From positions 1-50,498 of the forward strand of contig DF237570.1 in assembly GCA_000708835.1 (NCBI GenBank): a stretch of DNA of 50,498 nucleotides, in the 5' to 3' direction. The DNA is from Klebsormidium nitens (taxonomy: Eukaryota > Plantae > Klebsormidiophyceae). The notes under the pieces were generated by a model, which was not told the origin of the DNA, ran no database searches, and was given only the letters and a program-made list of their open reading frames with translations. The position numbers and the translations under genes were made by a program. Of this stretch, positions 1 through 12,600 are shown piece by piece (position 1 is the first letter of the stretch; every line of letters starts with the position of its first letter).

Positions 1-608
1 TCACAGTGATTATTTAAGCTTTGCCCCTGAATTACGAAATGTGTCGGCGGAATCGCAAGTTACATTTGCCTGGGGCGCAATTCTTGCCGGGGTGGTGCCT
101 TAGAGTGAAATCTTATGCACCCGTAGACTCGGTCACCCCCCTGAAATTCTACCGTCATCCCTAGTACTAGAAATGGTACCGTATTGTCATGGGCGGTTGT
201 GCTGAGCAAGCATTCAATGGTGATCAAAAGCCGAGAAAATTGACGTCATATCTTGTCTGAGCTGAGAAGGAGCTCTTCCAATTTGTACTCCCAGCGAAAT
301 GCATCGGCTAGAGCGGCCAGGGCTGACCCCTAGCGCATATTGATCTTACAGATCTGCATCTGGGAGCTAATCAAAGCAGACTTGAGTTTGTCTGCTTTCA
401 GCAAATGTCTTGAAGCACTAAAAAAAGATCTCGTGTGCAGGGTTCAACAGACTTGTGGAGCACACTATTCCCTAGATCTGCTCAGTGTTCCGTGGTCTTG
501 CAAGGAAGGGGTATTTTTGCACTCAAGGCACTCAAGGATCCGTCCTTCAAATGAAGGTAGCTTTTTGTGTCAGCTGACCTCTGAGATCTGCTCTTCTTTG
601 AGGAGACC

Positions 609-3600
609 ATGGCTTCCAAAGACCTGCTTGCAGCTGGAAAGAAGCGGGTAGGTTTTCTGTGCCACCACTCCTTTTATAAGGTATTAACTTCATATTGCTT
701 GCAGCTTCTTGAAAGAGGTCTAACACTTGGGATCTCACTCATGCCTTGATCGATGCATTCGCCATCTGGCAGAGGCTCATATCAGGAACATTTCTTGTCA
801 GTGATGGATTTGAATCATGATGCACGAAATTCAAGCTCCATGATGCAGCAAAGTTAATAATCTGGGGATCTGTGGAGGGCTCACAAGCAATGGAACACCC
901 TCATGGTCGCTCATGATCCAATCGAACCACAGCACTTATTGATACTCATATCAATCTGCGTCAGACCTGTCCCTTTGCAATATCAGAAACAGAGGTCTTG
1001 TCAAACCTAGTAGCTCACCCAGTTTCTGTAAAGACCTACTTCCATCTTAGATCCTTTTCTTACATCACTTGCAGCTCGAACAGTTCCGGCAAAACAAGAC
1101 GGGAGCAAAGACGCCGGTGGCAAGCAAGGCGCAGAAACCCGGGTTTAGCTTTGGGTTAGGTCGACGGGCCACCAAGCCAGAGCCGGCAGAAGAAGCAGCA
1201 GCCGGTGAAGTCCCAGATGCTGGAGACGTTTCTGCTGACCTAGCAGGGGATGCAAGCAACTCTGCAGCGACTGAGACGGCGAAGGATCAGGGGTTGGACT
1301 CAGAGCAAGAAGAGGATGTATTCGAGGTGGGGTTCATTGCCTTCGTTTGCTTCTTGACGCAACTGCTGATTTGCAGTAGTGCTGGAAAGCAAATGCTTGC
1401 AGATTGAGTGGCGCGCGGGGCTGCTAAAAGATGTGGGAGGAGAAAAACCTCCGGAAATATGAAAGCTCACTTCTGAAGTTTCGGGTCGGATGCCCATCCT
1501 TAAAAATACATCTTTGCCAAAGGCCATTGCGCTCCCCTACATTATAACCTGACGTGTTGCAGCATCATACTGTCCATTGTGTTGCATCAACCAATGGTGC
1601 GTTGAATGCTCCCTAGAGGGAGATTGTGTTTGAGAATCTCTTTATCCCTTCCATTTCCTTTGCAGGATGCTCGGAGCACCGGGAACCTTACAGATGGCGC
1701 TTCCACTGACGATGAGCAGTCGACCCCAAGGACCCCCCCACTGCGAAGGGTGCCGGCGCCTTTCCCAGAGAACCGCTTCAACTTCTTTGCCAACGACACG
1801 TCGAGGTTTGCGGTGGGTGTCTGAAAGCCTGACTTTTTGACCTGCAGTGTTTTCAGTGCAGTCAGAGGTTGGCATCTGCTGTGGACACTGATTTTGAAGT
1901 TCAAAAGCTCTGGTGGCAACTGGTTTGAAGGGCGCAGCTCTATTTGGAAAGAGGTGTTATAGGGATTTTTGCTATAGCTGGGAGCCCGGAACTCACATTA
2001 ATGCTAAAGTCTGTTTTCCATCTCATCTTTCTGGCCCTCTCCAAACATCTGATTACATTCTTCCTGTGCTCTTCCCGTTGGTTGCGCGATTCATCAGTCG
2101 CTGTATTGTTTCTGCAGACATCTCGGCTTCGCACACAGGAGAATGGTCAGCCAGGCAGCGCCCCTCCACCAGCCCTAGATGTCCAGCCCAAATCCCCTGA
2201 GACTGCGGAGCATAGCCGTTTGAAAGAGCAGGCTCTCTCCCTTCAGCAGCGGCTCTCTCTCATTGGGAGCCCGTCCTCCTCACCCACCCCAGTCGAGAAT
2301 CAGGTCAAAGAAGAGCTCAGGAAGAAGTCTGAACGAATCAAGATTCTGGAAGAGGAGAGAGAGGCACTGCAGGCAAACCGGCGGGAGAGCCGGGGAAGCG
2401 ACGCCGCGCGCAGGGGGGAGAACGCGAGCAGGATCGCAGATCTGGTGGAGAAACACGGGGCTGAGGTGGCGGAGCTGAAGCTGTCGCTACGGGACAAGGA
2501 GCGAGAACTAGGCGTGCTGCAAAGCGAGCGCGAGGAGGCGCGGACCCACTTTGCCGAGTTCCAACAGGCGCTGACGCAGCGGGACGAAACAATCTCGGAG
2601 CTTCAGAAGAAGGTGCGCGAGGCGGGGAACAGTATGGAGATTGAGGAACTCGGCGAGAAGTTGCGTGCGTGCGAGGGGGCGCGCGCGCTTGCAGAGGAGC
2701 GCGCCGAGGGCCTGGCCAAGCAACTAGAGCTGGCGCAGAACTTGAGCGTGGGCAATGAGGAAAGCAGCCTGAAGGCGGCCTCGGAGGAAGTCAAGCGCTG
2801 CCTCGAAGAGGTCGCCGCAGCGAAAGAAGCAGAGCGGAAGGCCGAGGCGAGAGCCGCAGAGACAGAGCGCCAGGTGGCGACGCTCCAGGCCGCGCTGTCC
2901 GGAAAAGACGACGAACTGTCCGCTGTCCGGCTGGAGAAGGACAACGAGCTGGAGCGGTCGCGGTTCACGGTTCAGTCTTTGCAGTTCCAGATCTCATCAG
3001 CAGAGCAGGTTCTGGCGCCGCGAAAGCAGGCGGGAACGGAGTCCTTCTCGCTTGTGTCGGAGGTCACGGCGCTGCTGTCGGAGCTGGAGCATGCGCGGGC
3101 AGGGGTGGCTACGCTGCAGAGCCAGCTGGCGGCGCTAGAACAGGAGGTGCAGTTCCTGAGGACGCAGGCGGCGCAGGGGGAACTCGCGGTGCAGCAGGTT
3201 GCGGCGCTCCAGGCGGATCTGGCGCAACGGGAGGAGCAGCTTCGGAAGACCAAGGAGAAGCTGCGAACCGCGGTGGCCAAGGGAAAGGACGTGGTTCGCG
3301 AGCGGCAGAGCCTCGTGGAAGCGTCGGAAACCCTGCAGGCGCGAGTGGCGGAGCTGGAAACGGAGGTTGCAAGCAAGGGGGTCGTTGTGGAAGAGCAGAA
3401 GGCAAAGCTTGCGGAACTAGAGGCGGGGGCTGCGAGCAACGGGGCCATCGCAGAAGAGCAGAAGGGGAGGCTTGGGGAACTAGAGGCGGAGGTCGCAGCT
3501 CTCAGGAGTGCGCCTGATGAGCAGCGAGTGAAAGCAGAGGAGCTAGAGAGGGCACTCAGTGCTGCGCAGGATAAGGAGAGCGCGGCGTCGATTGAGGTTG

Positions 3601-6600
3601 AAGCGGTGCGGGTCAGAGTTTCTGAGCTGGAGGAAGCAAGCAGCAGGTTGGAGGTGGACAGAGAAGGACTAGTTGGGGAGAAGGAAGCGCTTGAGGCCGA
3701 GTTGGTGGCGTTGCGGAAAGAGGTGAAGAGCGTCGAGGCGGAAGCCCAGAACGTGTGTTCGGCAAAGGAGGCGCTAGAGGCCCGCGCAGGGGAGGCGGAG
3801 AGTGCCGTGGCTGTGATGTCAGCACGCGCAGAGGGGGCCGAAGAAGCTGTGCGGTTGTTGAAAGAAGATTTGGCTGGGGTTCAAGCCAAGAAGAAGGCGC
3901 TAGAAGAGGAAATGGGAACGGCCAGGGGGCGTGCGGAAGAAGCGGAGAGGGCTCTGGAGGAACTACGGGTACGGAGCGAAAAGGAGGGGGAGCAGCGGGT
4001 GACGGTAGCGGAACAGAGGGCGGAGGAAGCGAAGGGGATGCTGGAGTCGAAAGAGGGGGAGCTGCAGGTTGCACTAGAGGAAGTGGCGAGCGTAAAGGCG
4101 GAGCTTTTAGAAGCGGGGTCGAAAGCAGAAGAAGGGGAGAGAAAAGTTGGGGAGCTCGAGGCTGCCTTGGCAAGGGCGTCTGAGGAGACGGCAAAGGGAA
4201 GGGCACAGCTGGAAGGAGTCACAGCGGAGCTGAATGCAGCCAAAGAAGAAGCGAACGCCACCCGTGCTCAAGGGGAAGAGGCAAGGACGGGGGCGTTGAA
4301 AGAGATGGCAGAGAAAGAAGAGGAATTGGGAAAGGCTCTGGCTCAAGTTGAGAGCCAGTATGCGGCAGCGACCGCAGAGGCGGAGGAGATGAAGCTGCGT
4401 CTGACCACGCTCGAGAAGGAGTGCGGGGACGCAAAAGCAGCTTTGGCCGAGTCTCAGGCGGTTGCCGAGTCCAAAGACGCCGCGGTGAAGTCTCTCGAGG
4501 AGAAGGTGAGTGAGTTGACGCGGTCTCAGGAGGAGAGGACGGGCCAGCTTGCCGCGCTCGAAGCGGAGCTAGTGTCTGTGAAGGAGAAAGAAGCGGAGGC
4601 GGTTGCGAAGCTGGAGGCGGCCAGCAACGCAGTGAAGAAGGTCGGGGGCAAGAACAAGAAGGGCGGGGATCGGGCGCTGAGTCCCATGGGGTTGGAAAGA
4701 AGGCTGGTTTCGCTGCAGGAGTCGGCGGATCGAGTGGAGGGCCTTGCTGATGAAGTGGTAAGACTGAAACAGCAGTTGGAGGAAGTGGGAGTGGCTCAAG
4801 ACAAGGCCTCAGAGGAGTTGGCTGGGGTGCGGAAGGATAAAGAAAAGGCGGAGAAGACCGCAAAGTCTGCGAAGGCGCTGTTTGAGACGGTTAGGGAGCA
4901 ATTAGAGGCCAAGTCGGCGGAGCTGACGGCGCTGCAGGAGAGGTTTGAAACTAGAGAGGGGAGCATTCTGGCCTTGGAGGAGGAATTCTCGGGTCAGGCC
5001 GCAGAAGTCGACCAGTTACGGACGGAGTGTCAGAGGTTGGAGAACGAGTTGAGTGGGGCAAGAACTAGAGAGGAAAAGTTTGGGGCGGATCTGGCTGAGG
5101 TTCGGAAAGAGGCCGACCAAGCGAAGGAACAAGAGGCTGCGGTGAAGGAGAAGTTGGAGGAGATGCGGAAGAAAGTGCAGAAGAAAATGGCGGAGACGAA
5201 GGCAAAGAGGGAGGAGCTGGAGGGGAAGATTAAGGAGCAAGGGGAGACCATTGGGGAACTAGAGCGGGGTGTGGCGGAAGCTGCCGGCAAAGCAGGGGAA
5301 GTGGCGCGCCTTGAGGAACAGGTGGCGGCCGCTGAGGCGAGGATTACGGAGCTAACCCAAGAGGTCGAGTCTGCAGAGGCACTGCGGAGGAAGAGTGAGG
5401 CAAGGGTTAATGAGCTAACCCAGGACGTCCAGTCTGCAGAGGCACTACGGAAGGAGAGTGAGGTGAGGCTTAAGGAGCTAACCCAGGAGGTCGAGTCTGC
5501 AGAGGCGCTGCGGAAGGAGAGTGAGGCGAGGGTTAAGGAGCTAACCGAAGAGGTCGACTCTGCTTCAAAGCTGCGGAGAGAGGCGGAGGAGCGGGTTGAG
5601 GGCCTAACCCAGGAGTTAGCGGCCAAGGAGCAGGAAGTTGAGGAGAAGGTTAAGGGCCTAAGCGAGGGGCTCGCAGAGAAAGAGCGGCTACTGAACGAGG
5701 CCCTGGTGGAGGCAGAGACGGAGCGGGAAACTAGGCGTGCGATTGAAGCGTCGGTGGAGGAAGGGAGAGCCGAGCTTGCGGCACAGACGGAAGCACAGGA
5801 GGCGGCCGTTGAGAGGATTGCAGCGCTTGAGAAAGAGGTGGGGGCAATGAAAGAGGCGGCAGCCGCCCGCGAGAAGGTGCTATCGCAAGCGCAGGTGAGA
5901 TAGACCCGTCTTGCGCTCAAGGCTTTCAGTACGAGGTGTCCATTTCTTTGTTTGACCGGCGGCTGCTTGAGTAGCATTAGCAGTCTGCGGAAGACTCGGA
6001 GGGGCAACAGAAACGTCACATCCTTCGCTGGGGAATACTTGGAGAGGCGACGGATTCTACAAATGACTCGTCACAAGCCTGTCCGTCAAACCCAACTCAT
6101 GCACATGATTATCCAAGCACAGGTTGCTCTGATTTAATGCTTTGAAACGTCACTGGACTCACAGAACCTTGTCACGCCTTTGCAGGTTCAAGACCAGCAG
6201 TCTGCTCTGGCCCCCCGCGTACAAGCCCTTGTCTCCCGCCTAACCAAACATGGCATCCTCGAACTAACTCCCGCGCCCAAACCAGAAGCCCCCCAGCCAG
6301 CGCCCCCAAAGGCGACCCACGGGGGCAAGAAGGGCCGTAACAAGAAGGCGCACAACCAGGCCGGCGTTTCCGTGGTGCCCCGCGAGAAACCCTCCGAGGA
6401 GCCTGTCGCAATGTCCCTGGACGCTTTGATCGAGCAGACGGAGAGCGGGATGGTCAAGCTGCTGGAGTCGCTTGAGGGCGCGCAGAAGAAGTGCGAGGCG
6501 CTGGAGCAAGAGCTGAGAGCTCGAGGTGGGTGTCTCGGCGATTTGAAATTTTCGGTTGAGTTCTGGAGGTCTTCGTGTTTGCTTTTCTAGTTCCCTTTTC

Positions 6601-9600
6601 GCCATGCTCATCACTGCGTGATAAGTTCTTGCTTCTGTACACACTGGTCGAAAGCCTTGTTGAATGGAAGCAAACCAACGGACGAAGAGCAACCTTCATT
6701 TTATAAACTTCTTTGTGCCTACCGCTTTACTGTTCGTGAGCCTTTCACCTGGAAGCTTGTTTGGGCGATTGTCAATGATTAGTCTTCTAAATTCGATACA
6801 CTCAAGAGGAGCCCTTGTATGTATTAACAAGGCTCTTCCAGTTTGTGGTGCATGGCACCTTTTTTGGTGCCTTGACAAGTGGAAACGTTAACCTTGCCTG
6901 CGTTCAATGAGTTGCGAACCCCGTGAATTTCACTATCTGAACTTCATGTCTCCTCATTGTTCCCACTTCACAAGCTTGCCCGTGGCCCCACTTGTGTTGG
7001 GACGTTTGGGCACTCTTGAAACAAGAGATGTTCTGAAGAGCTGTTTGAAAAAAAGTGCATCTGATGAGACAGCATGGTGTTGCTCTTACAGAAGAAGAGG
7101 CGGAAAAGATAAAGGCCGAGAGGAACGCCGTGGAAGAGCAGCACCAGGACTCAGTGGCCCGAGTCGCTGCCATGGAGTCTGACGCCGCTTCAGCCCTGGA
7201 GAAGCTGAGGGAAGCTGAAGAGAAAGCAACGCAGACGGAGGCAGCGCTGCGGAAAGAGCTGACGTCAGCCCTGGAGAAGCTGAGGGAAGCTGAAGAGAAA
7301 GCAACGCACATGGAGGCAGGCCTGCAGGAAGAGCTGACGTTAGCTCAAGAGAAGCTGGGGGAAGCTGAAGAGAAGGCGACGCAGACGGAGGCAGCTTTGC
7401 GGGACGAGCTGACGTCAGCCTTGGAAAAGCTCAGGGAAGGGGAAGAAAAGGCGACGCAGACGGAGGCCGCGCTGCGGGAAAAGCTGACATCAGCAGAAGC
7501 TGATGTCGAGCGGCTGCGGGGAGAAGCGCGGGCCGCTGGAGAAGCGGCGGAAGGGGCCGAGAGCAGGGCGCGAGAACTAGAGGCGGGGGTGGAACGCCTG
7601 CGGCGGCAGTCGGAAGATGCGGAGAGAGAGAAGGAATCTGCGGAGAGGGGCTTGAGTGAGCTGGACACGTTGCGGAAAGAAATGGCGGAGGTGGTGGAGG
7701 CGAAACGAAAGGCGGAGGAGTTGCTGACTTCGAAGGGAATAGAGTTGAGTGAGCTTCGGGAGGTGATTCGTCGGATGGAGGAGAAAGGTATGGAGAGGGA
7801 AAGCGAGTTGCGAACGGTGGAAGAGAGAAGAGCGGAGGTGGAGAGCGCCCTGGAAGCGAGAGAGAAAGAAGTGGGCGCTTTGAAGGAAGCCCTCGAAAGC
7901 GGCTGTGCGAAGGAAGAGGAGCTGTCAGCTCAGGTTGCGAAGATGACCGCGTCTGCGTCTGAGAACGAAACGAGAGTGAGCGTACTACGGGAAGCGCTGG
8001 AGACAACTAGAGCGGAGGCGGAAGACGCGCGGGCGCGAGCGGAAGCGGTCGAGAAGGGGAAGGCGGAGGGGGAAGCGGCTATGGAGCAGCTGAGGCAGAG
8101 CTACCAACTAGAGAAGGACAAGGTGGAGCGCGCAAAGAAAGCGTACAAGAAGCTCAAGGACGAGAAAGTGCGCTTCGAGACCAAGGTGAGCGAGTGGCTG
8201 TTAAGGAGTGGGTGCAGGACAGCAATCCGTGGCAGTGCGTTGTTGTGTCTGTAGCGGAATGGATAGACACGTGGCTTCCGTTTGGTGCAGGCGATGCTTG
8301 TGACTTCTGACGATCTGTGATTCTGTTTCGAGTACTCCAAGCAGCGTGTTTCTCATAGTGGTTGGTAACCAGTACAATGAGCTTTGGCGCAGCTGTCGGG
8401 CTCAGAGCGCCTATTGAACGGTGGCAAAACCAGTTTCGGGTTGCGGCCGGAGGCATCAAGTGCGTTCCGCGAGGCACGATTTCAGTAATTGGCTGACATT
8501 TTACCTGAGGACATTGAGAGAGAAATGTTCGGAACCAGTCTCGAAGAGTTCCACCCACGAGGACCTTGTTGAGGGTTGCAAAGCTCGGCCGATAGATGAA
8601 TGACGTCTTCTTTCTGTCTCACAGGTGAAGGAGCTCGAGGGGAGCGCCTCGTCCGGCGCCGACGCTCAAACGGCCCGGATCAAGGAGCTTGAGGCAGCCG
8701 CAGCGCAGTCGCAAGAGCTGCTCGAAAAGGCACAGAGTGAAAAGGGTCAGACAGAGGAGACGCTTAAGCAGCTAGAGGCGGCAGTTGCAGAGGCCGAGGC
8801 CAAGGCGCAAGCACTTGCCGGCCAACTCGAGGAGGCGCGGGAAAGGATGGGGGGCATGGATGCAGAAATTCTCAGAGCGCTCCGTGAGAACCAAGCGCTG
8901 GATGTTATCGTGAAGGACCACCAAGATGCGCTGGAGCGCACGACTGCCGAATCGCACGGTCTCCGGACGGAGCTGGCCGCGGCGTCCGAACGGGCGCGGC
9001 AACTAGAGGCGGAACTCCTGGAGAAGGAAGGGGAGATTGGGGACGTGTGGGAGCGCAATCGGGCTCTCATGGAGGATCGGGCCACGCTTGAGACTTCCGT
9101 TGAGGGTAAGGACTCGGAAATTAACGTGATCCGAGTTCAGTTGTCGGAAGCTGAAAAGAAGGTGACGGAGACGGACACGAGAGCGGGCGCGGCGGAGGCG
9201 CTGTTGGAAGAGACTCGTGGCAGGACGCGGGAACTGGAGGAGGAGGTGGCGGTGATGCAAGGAACTCTGGTGGAGTTGCAGGGGTTCCTGAAAACGATGG
9301 CGCAGGAGAAGGAAAGCGCTGTAGCGGAGAAGTCGGGGCTGGAGGCGAGAGTGCGCGAGCTCAGTCCGGAGATGGAAAAACTGCGCGCGGAGCTGGCCGC
9401 CGTGCGGAAAGAACTAGAGGAGGCGAGCAGCGCTCTGGGAGGTGCGCGGAAAGACGCGGAGGAAGCGAAAGCTAACGCGGATAACGTTCGGAAAGCAGCT
9501 GAAGATGCGGAGAAGATGTTGGGAGACACGCGGAGAGAGGCAGAGGCCGCGCAAAGCGAGCTGCAGAGTCTGAGGGAGGCGAAGAGCACTGATATGAGGG

Positions 9601-12600
9601 AACGAGAAGCAGAGCTTACGTCACTTCTGGCAGAGCGGGACGCGGCAAACGAGGTGCGGATGAAAGAAGTGGCGGAGCTACGGGCGCAGGTGTCGGAACT
9701 GGAGCAGGAGAGACAGGAACTAGAACGGGAGAGGCAAGATCTGGCCGGCGAGCTAGAGTTGGTGCAAGCGGCGATTTTGGACGTCCGACAGGAGAAGAAG
9801 GAACTTGTGGCGGCATCCGAACTAGAGCAGGCGCATATTCATGAAGCTCGCCAGGAGAAGGACCGAATTGCGCAGGAGCTGTCGGATGTGCGGAACCAGT
9901 TGAGACGGACGTCAGGAGCGGAGCAGGAACTAGGGACGGCGAGAGAGGAGGCCGAGCGGATCCGGGTGGAGAGCGATGCGAGGTACAGGGGTTTGCAAAC
10001 CGAGTACGAGGCGCTTGCGACACGTTTGGAGTACGCGGAGAATGAAGTGGGTGCTTTGAGAGAGGCGATGGGTCGGAGAGAGGGCGAGCTGCGGTCAGCA
10101 GAAGACGCTCTTTCTGCTCTAAAAGAGGAGAAGAAAGCGCTAATTCAGAGCCAATCGGAGGAGAGTGAGAGACGGGAAGAAGCCCTGCGGCGAGTTGAGG
10201 TGGAGCTAACAAAACTGAAACAGGAGCGGGAGACGCTACATAGGGACCGCGAGGCCGCGCACAGCTCAGGTGCCGAAGCTGCTGCCGCTATTTCGGTTTT
10301 GGAGAGGGAGAAGAAGCATTTGGAGGAGGAGGTTGCGCGGCTAGAAGAGACGGCTGCGCAGCGGAGCGCGGCTCTGGAGGCGGCCAATGAGAGGGCTTCA
10401 GAAGCTGCAAACGAATTGGCTGAGAAAACGGAGAAGCTTATGGCTTTGTCTGCCGAGATCGCGGCTCTTCAGGCGCAGATTGCAGATGCGGCTTCCGAGA
10501 AGGAGGCGCTGGTGCAGGCTCTGAGGGAGAAGGAGCGCTTGGTGGAGTCACTGGCTGCTGAGCTGGAGGCCGCGAAGAGCCAGAACGAAGCACTGGAGCG
10601 CCAGGTGGCGCAAGCGGGGGACGCCTCCGAGGTCGCGAAGTTGAAAGAGGACCTAGCGCAAGCGCAGACCCAAACGGCAACGGTGCGGGAGAAACTTATG
10701 AAGGCCGTAAAGAAGGGCAAGAGCATCGAGCAGCAGAAGAAGGAACTAGAGAAGGAGCTGCAGGAGTTGAAGGGAGCGCCGGCGGCGACCGAGGGGACGC
10801 CTAGAGGTTCCGCGCGGCAAAGTGAGGAGCTGGGCGACGGGGGGGAAGCTTTAGAGGTGCAGGCGGAGCGGCGGCGGCTGGAAGAAATTTACGCCGCTCA
10901 GATGCAGCGGGTGGCGGAGCATTCCGCGGAGGAGCAACAGCGGCTGACGGCGGAGCGGGACGCGCTCGCGCGCGAACTAGAGGGGGCGAGAAATGAGCTT
11001 AGAGCGTTGGAAGCCGAGGTGCAGAAGCTCGGGGCGCGGATGCGGGATAAGGAGGAGGAAGCGATGGAGGCGCATCGCAAGGCAAACGACCTGGCCGTCG
11101 TGCTGGCGGAGAGCGCAGCGCGTGAGACGGAGCTGCGGAGGATGAGCGGGCACCTGCAGAACCAGGTAGGTTTGGCGCTTTGTTGTTGAGAGCAATTGGA
11201 AGATGTCTGCTGGCTGCATATTACGGGCGTACTGGCACTAATCTTGCAATTGCGGTTGCACAGTAGATATCCACGTCTGTCCTGTCAGACCGCGCTTTAA
11301 CACACCGCTCCACTCAGTAGAGCCCTCTCATTTCATTTCATGACGACCTCTTGCGTCGTTGCAGGGGAAGATTCAGTCAGCTATCAGCAGTGTAAGCGTC
11401 TGTCTGTGCATAGTTTCAAACGGGAAATTGTATCATACTCGACTGCGAACGTAAAAGCGACAGCGCTTATGGATACCAACAAACGTTCCTGTGAAGGAGT
11501 CAGTTTCCAAAATCAACTTCTCAGCCTAACCCACAAGAAGAGGCGTTTTCAAAACCACATCGCCTCTTTCACGTTTCCTCCCTCTCTTTCCAGGTGAAAG
11601 AACTAGAGGAGTCCATTACTGCCGCCAAGCGCAAGCGCCGCGAGTCCGAGCGCGCGCTCGAGACCCACGAGGCCGAACTCCAAACCCTCCAAACCTCGCT
11701 GACGTCACTCGAGCAGTCGAAACAGGCCCTCGAAGCGGACCTGTCCGCCCAGACCGCTCGCGCCGAAACCGCCGAGTCCGCGCTCGCCGCCCGGGAGGTC
11801 GAGATGGGCGGTGTGAATACTCTCAGGTCGGAGCTGGCGGCTGCGAACGAGCGCGTCCGACAGCTGGAAGAGGGCATTCACACCAGGGGGAAAGAGCTGG
11901 AAACTGTGGGGGCGCAGCTGGCGGAGATGACGGAGAAGCACCGGACGGCGCAGGAGAAAGCGCTCCGCGCGCGGGTGCTTTGGGAGAAGGGGAACAAGGA
12001 GGTGGAGAGATTGAAGGCGGAGGTTGCGAGGCTGGAGGAAGGAGGGGAGCAGCGCGAGAGGGGCGGCGAGGACGCGCAGGGAGAGGTGAGCCTCGCTTCT
12101 GGTTTCCACAAGGGAGAGATTGGAATATAATTATCCTTGTGAGTGCTCTATCAACGATCACAACTCGCCTTCTCGAGGTTACAAGTCCGCGCGAAAGAAT
12201 TGCAGGGATTTGAATACAACTTCTGCGATTATCCAGACTCAGTTTCCTTCCGGATCTTCTTCTGCCGTGGTTCAAGTACCTTTGTAGATGGTCGTTGGAC
12301 CTCTCAGTAGTTTGTTCCGTTCGGAAGGGGCGTCATTTTGACCCGTGAATTTGTGAGGACGTGTCAGAGCCCATCTCTTTCGTTTCCGGGTGACTTTCAC
12401 GCGTGGTGCAAACGCGGTGCATTGCTTGGTATACATCGTTCGATTCAGACTTCTGGAATCTCTCAGGAGTGTGTCAGTGCTAAAGAGGGCAAGGAGCTTG
12501 TGGCCTGTGAGAGCAGTCTCAAAGTGCCAGATGTGCTTCCGCCTTTTTACATTCGGCATGGAGAATTGTGTGTTAAGGCTGCAGGAGTGCCTCCACCCTC

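Noticed and set aside
1944-2117. N-terminal extensions of ORFs 1944..5903, 12338..13630, 13914..15629 and 7055..8254
   Set aside because: These are intron sequence that happens to be open; clear polypyrimidine-AG acceptors mark the true exon starts.
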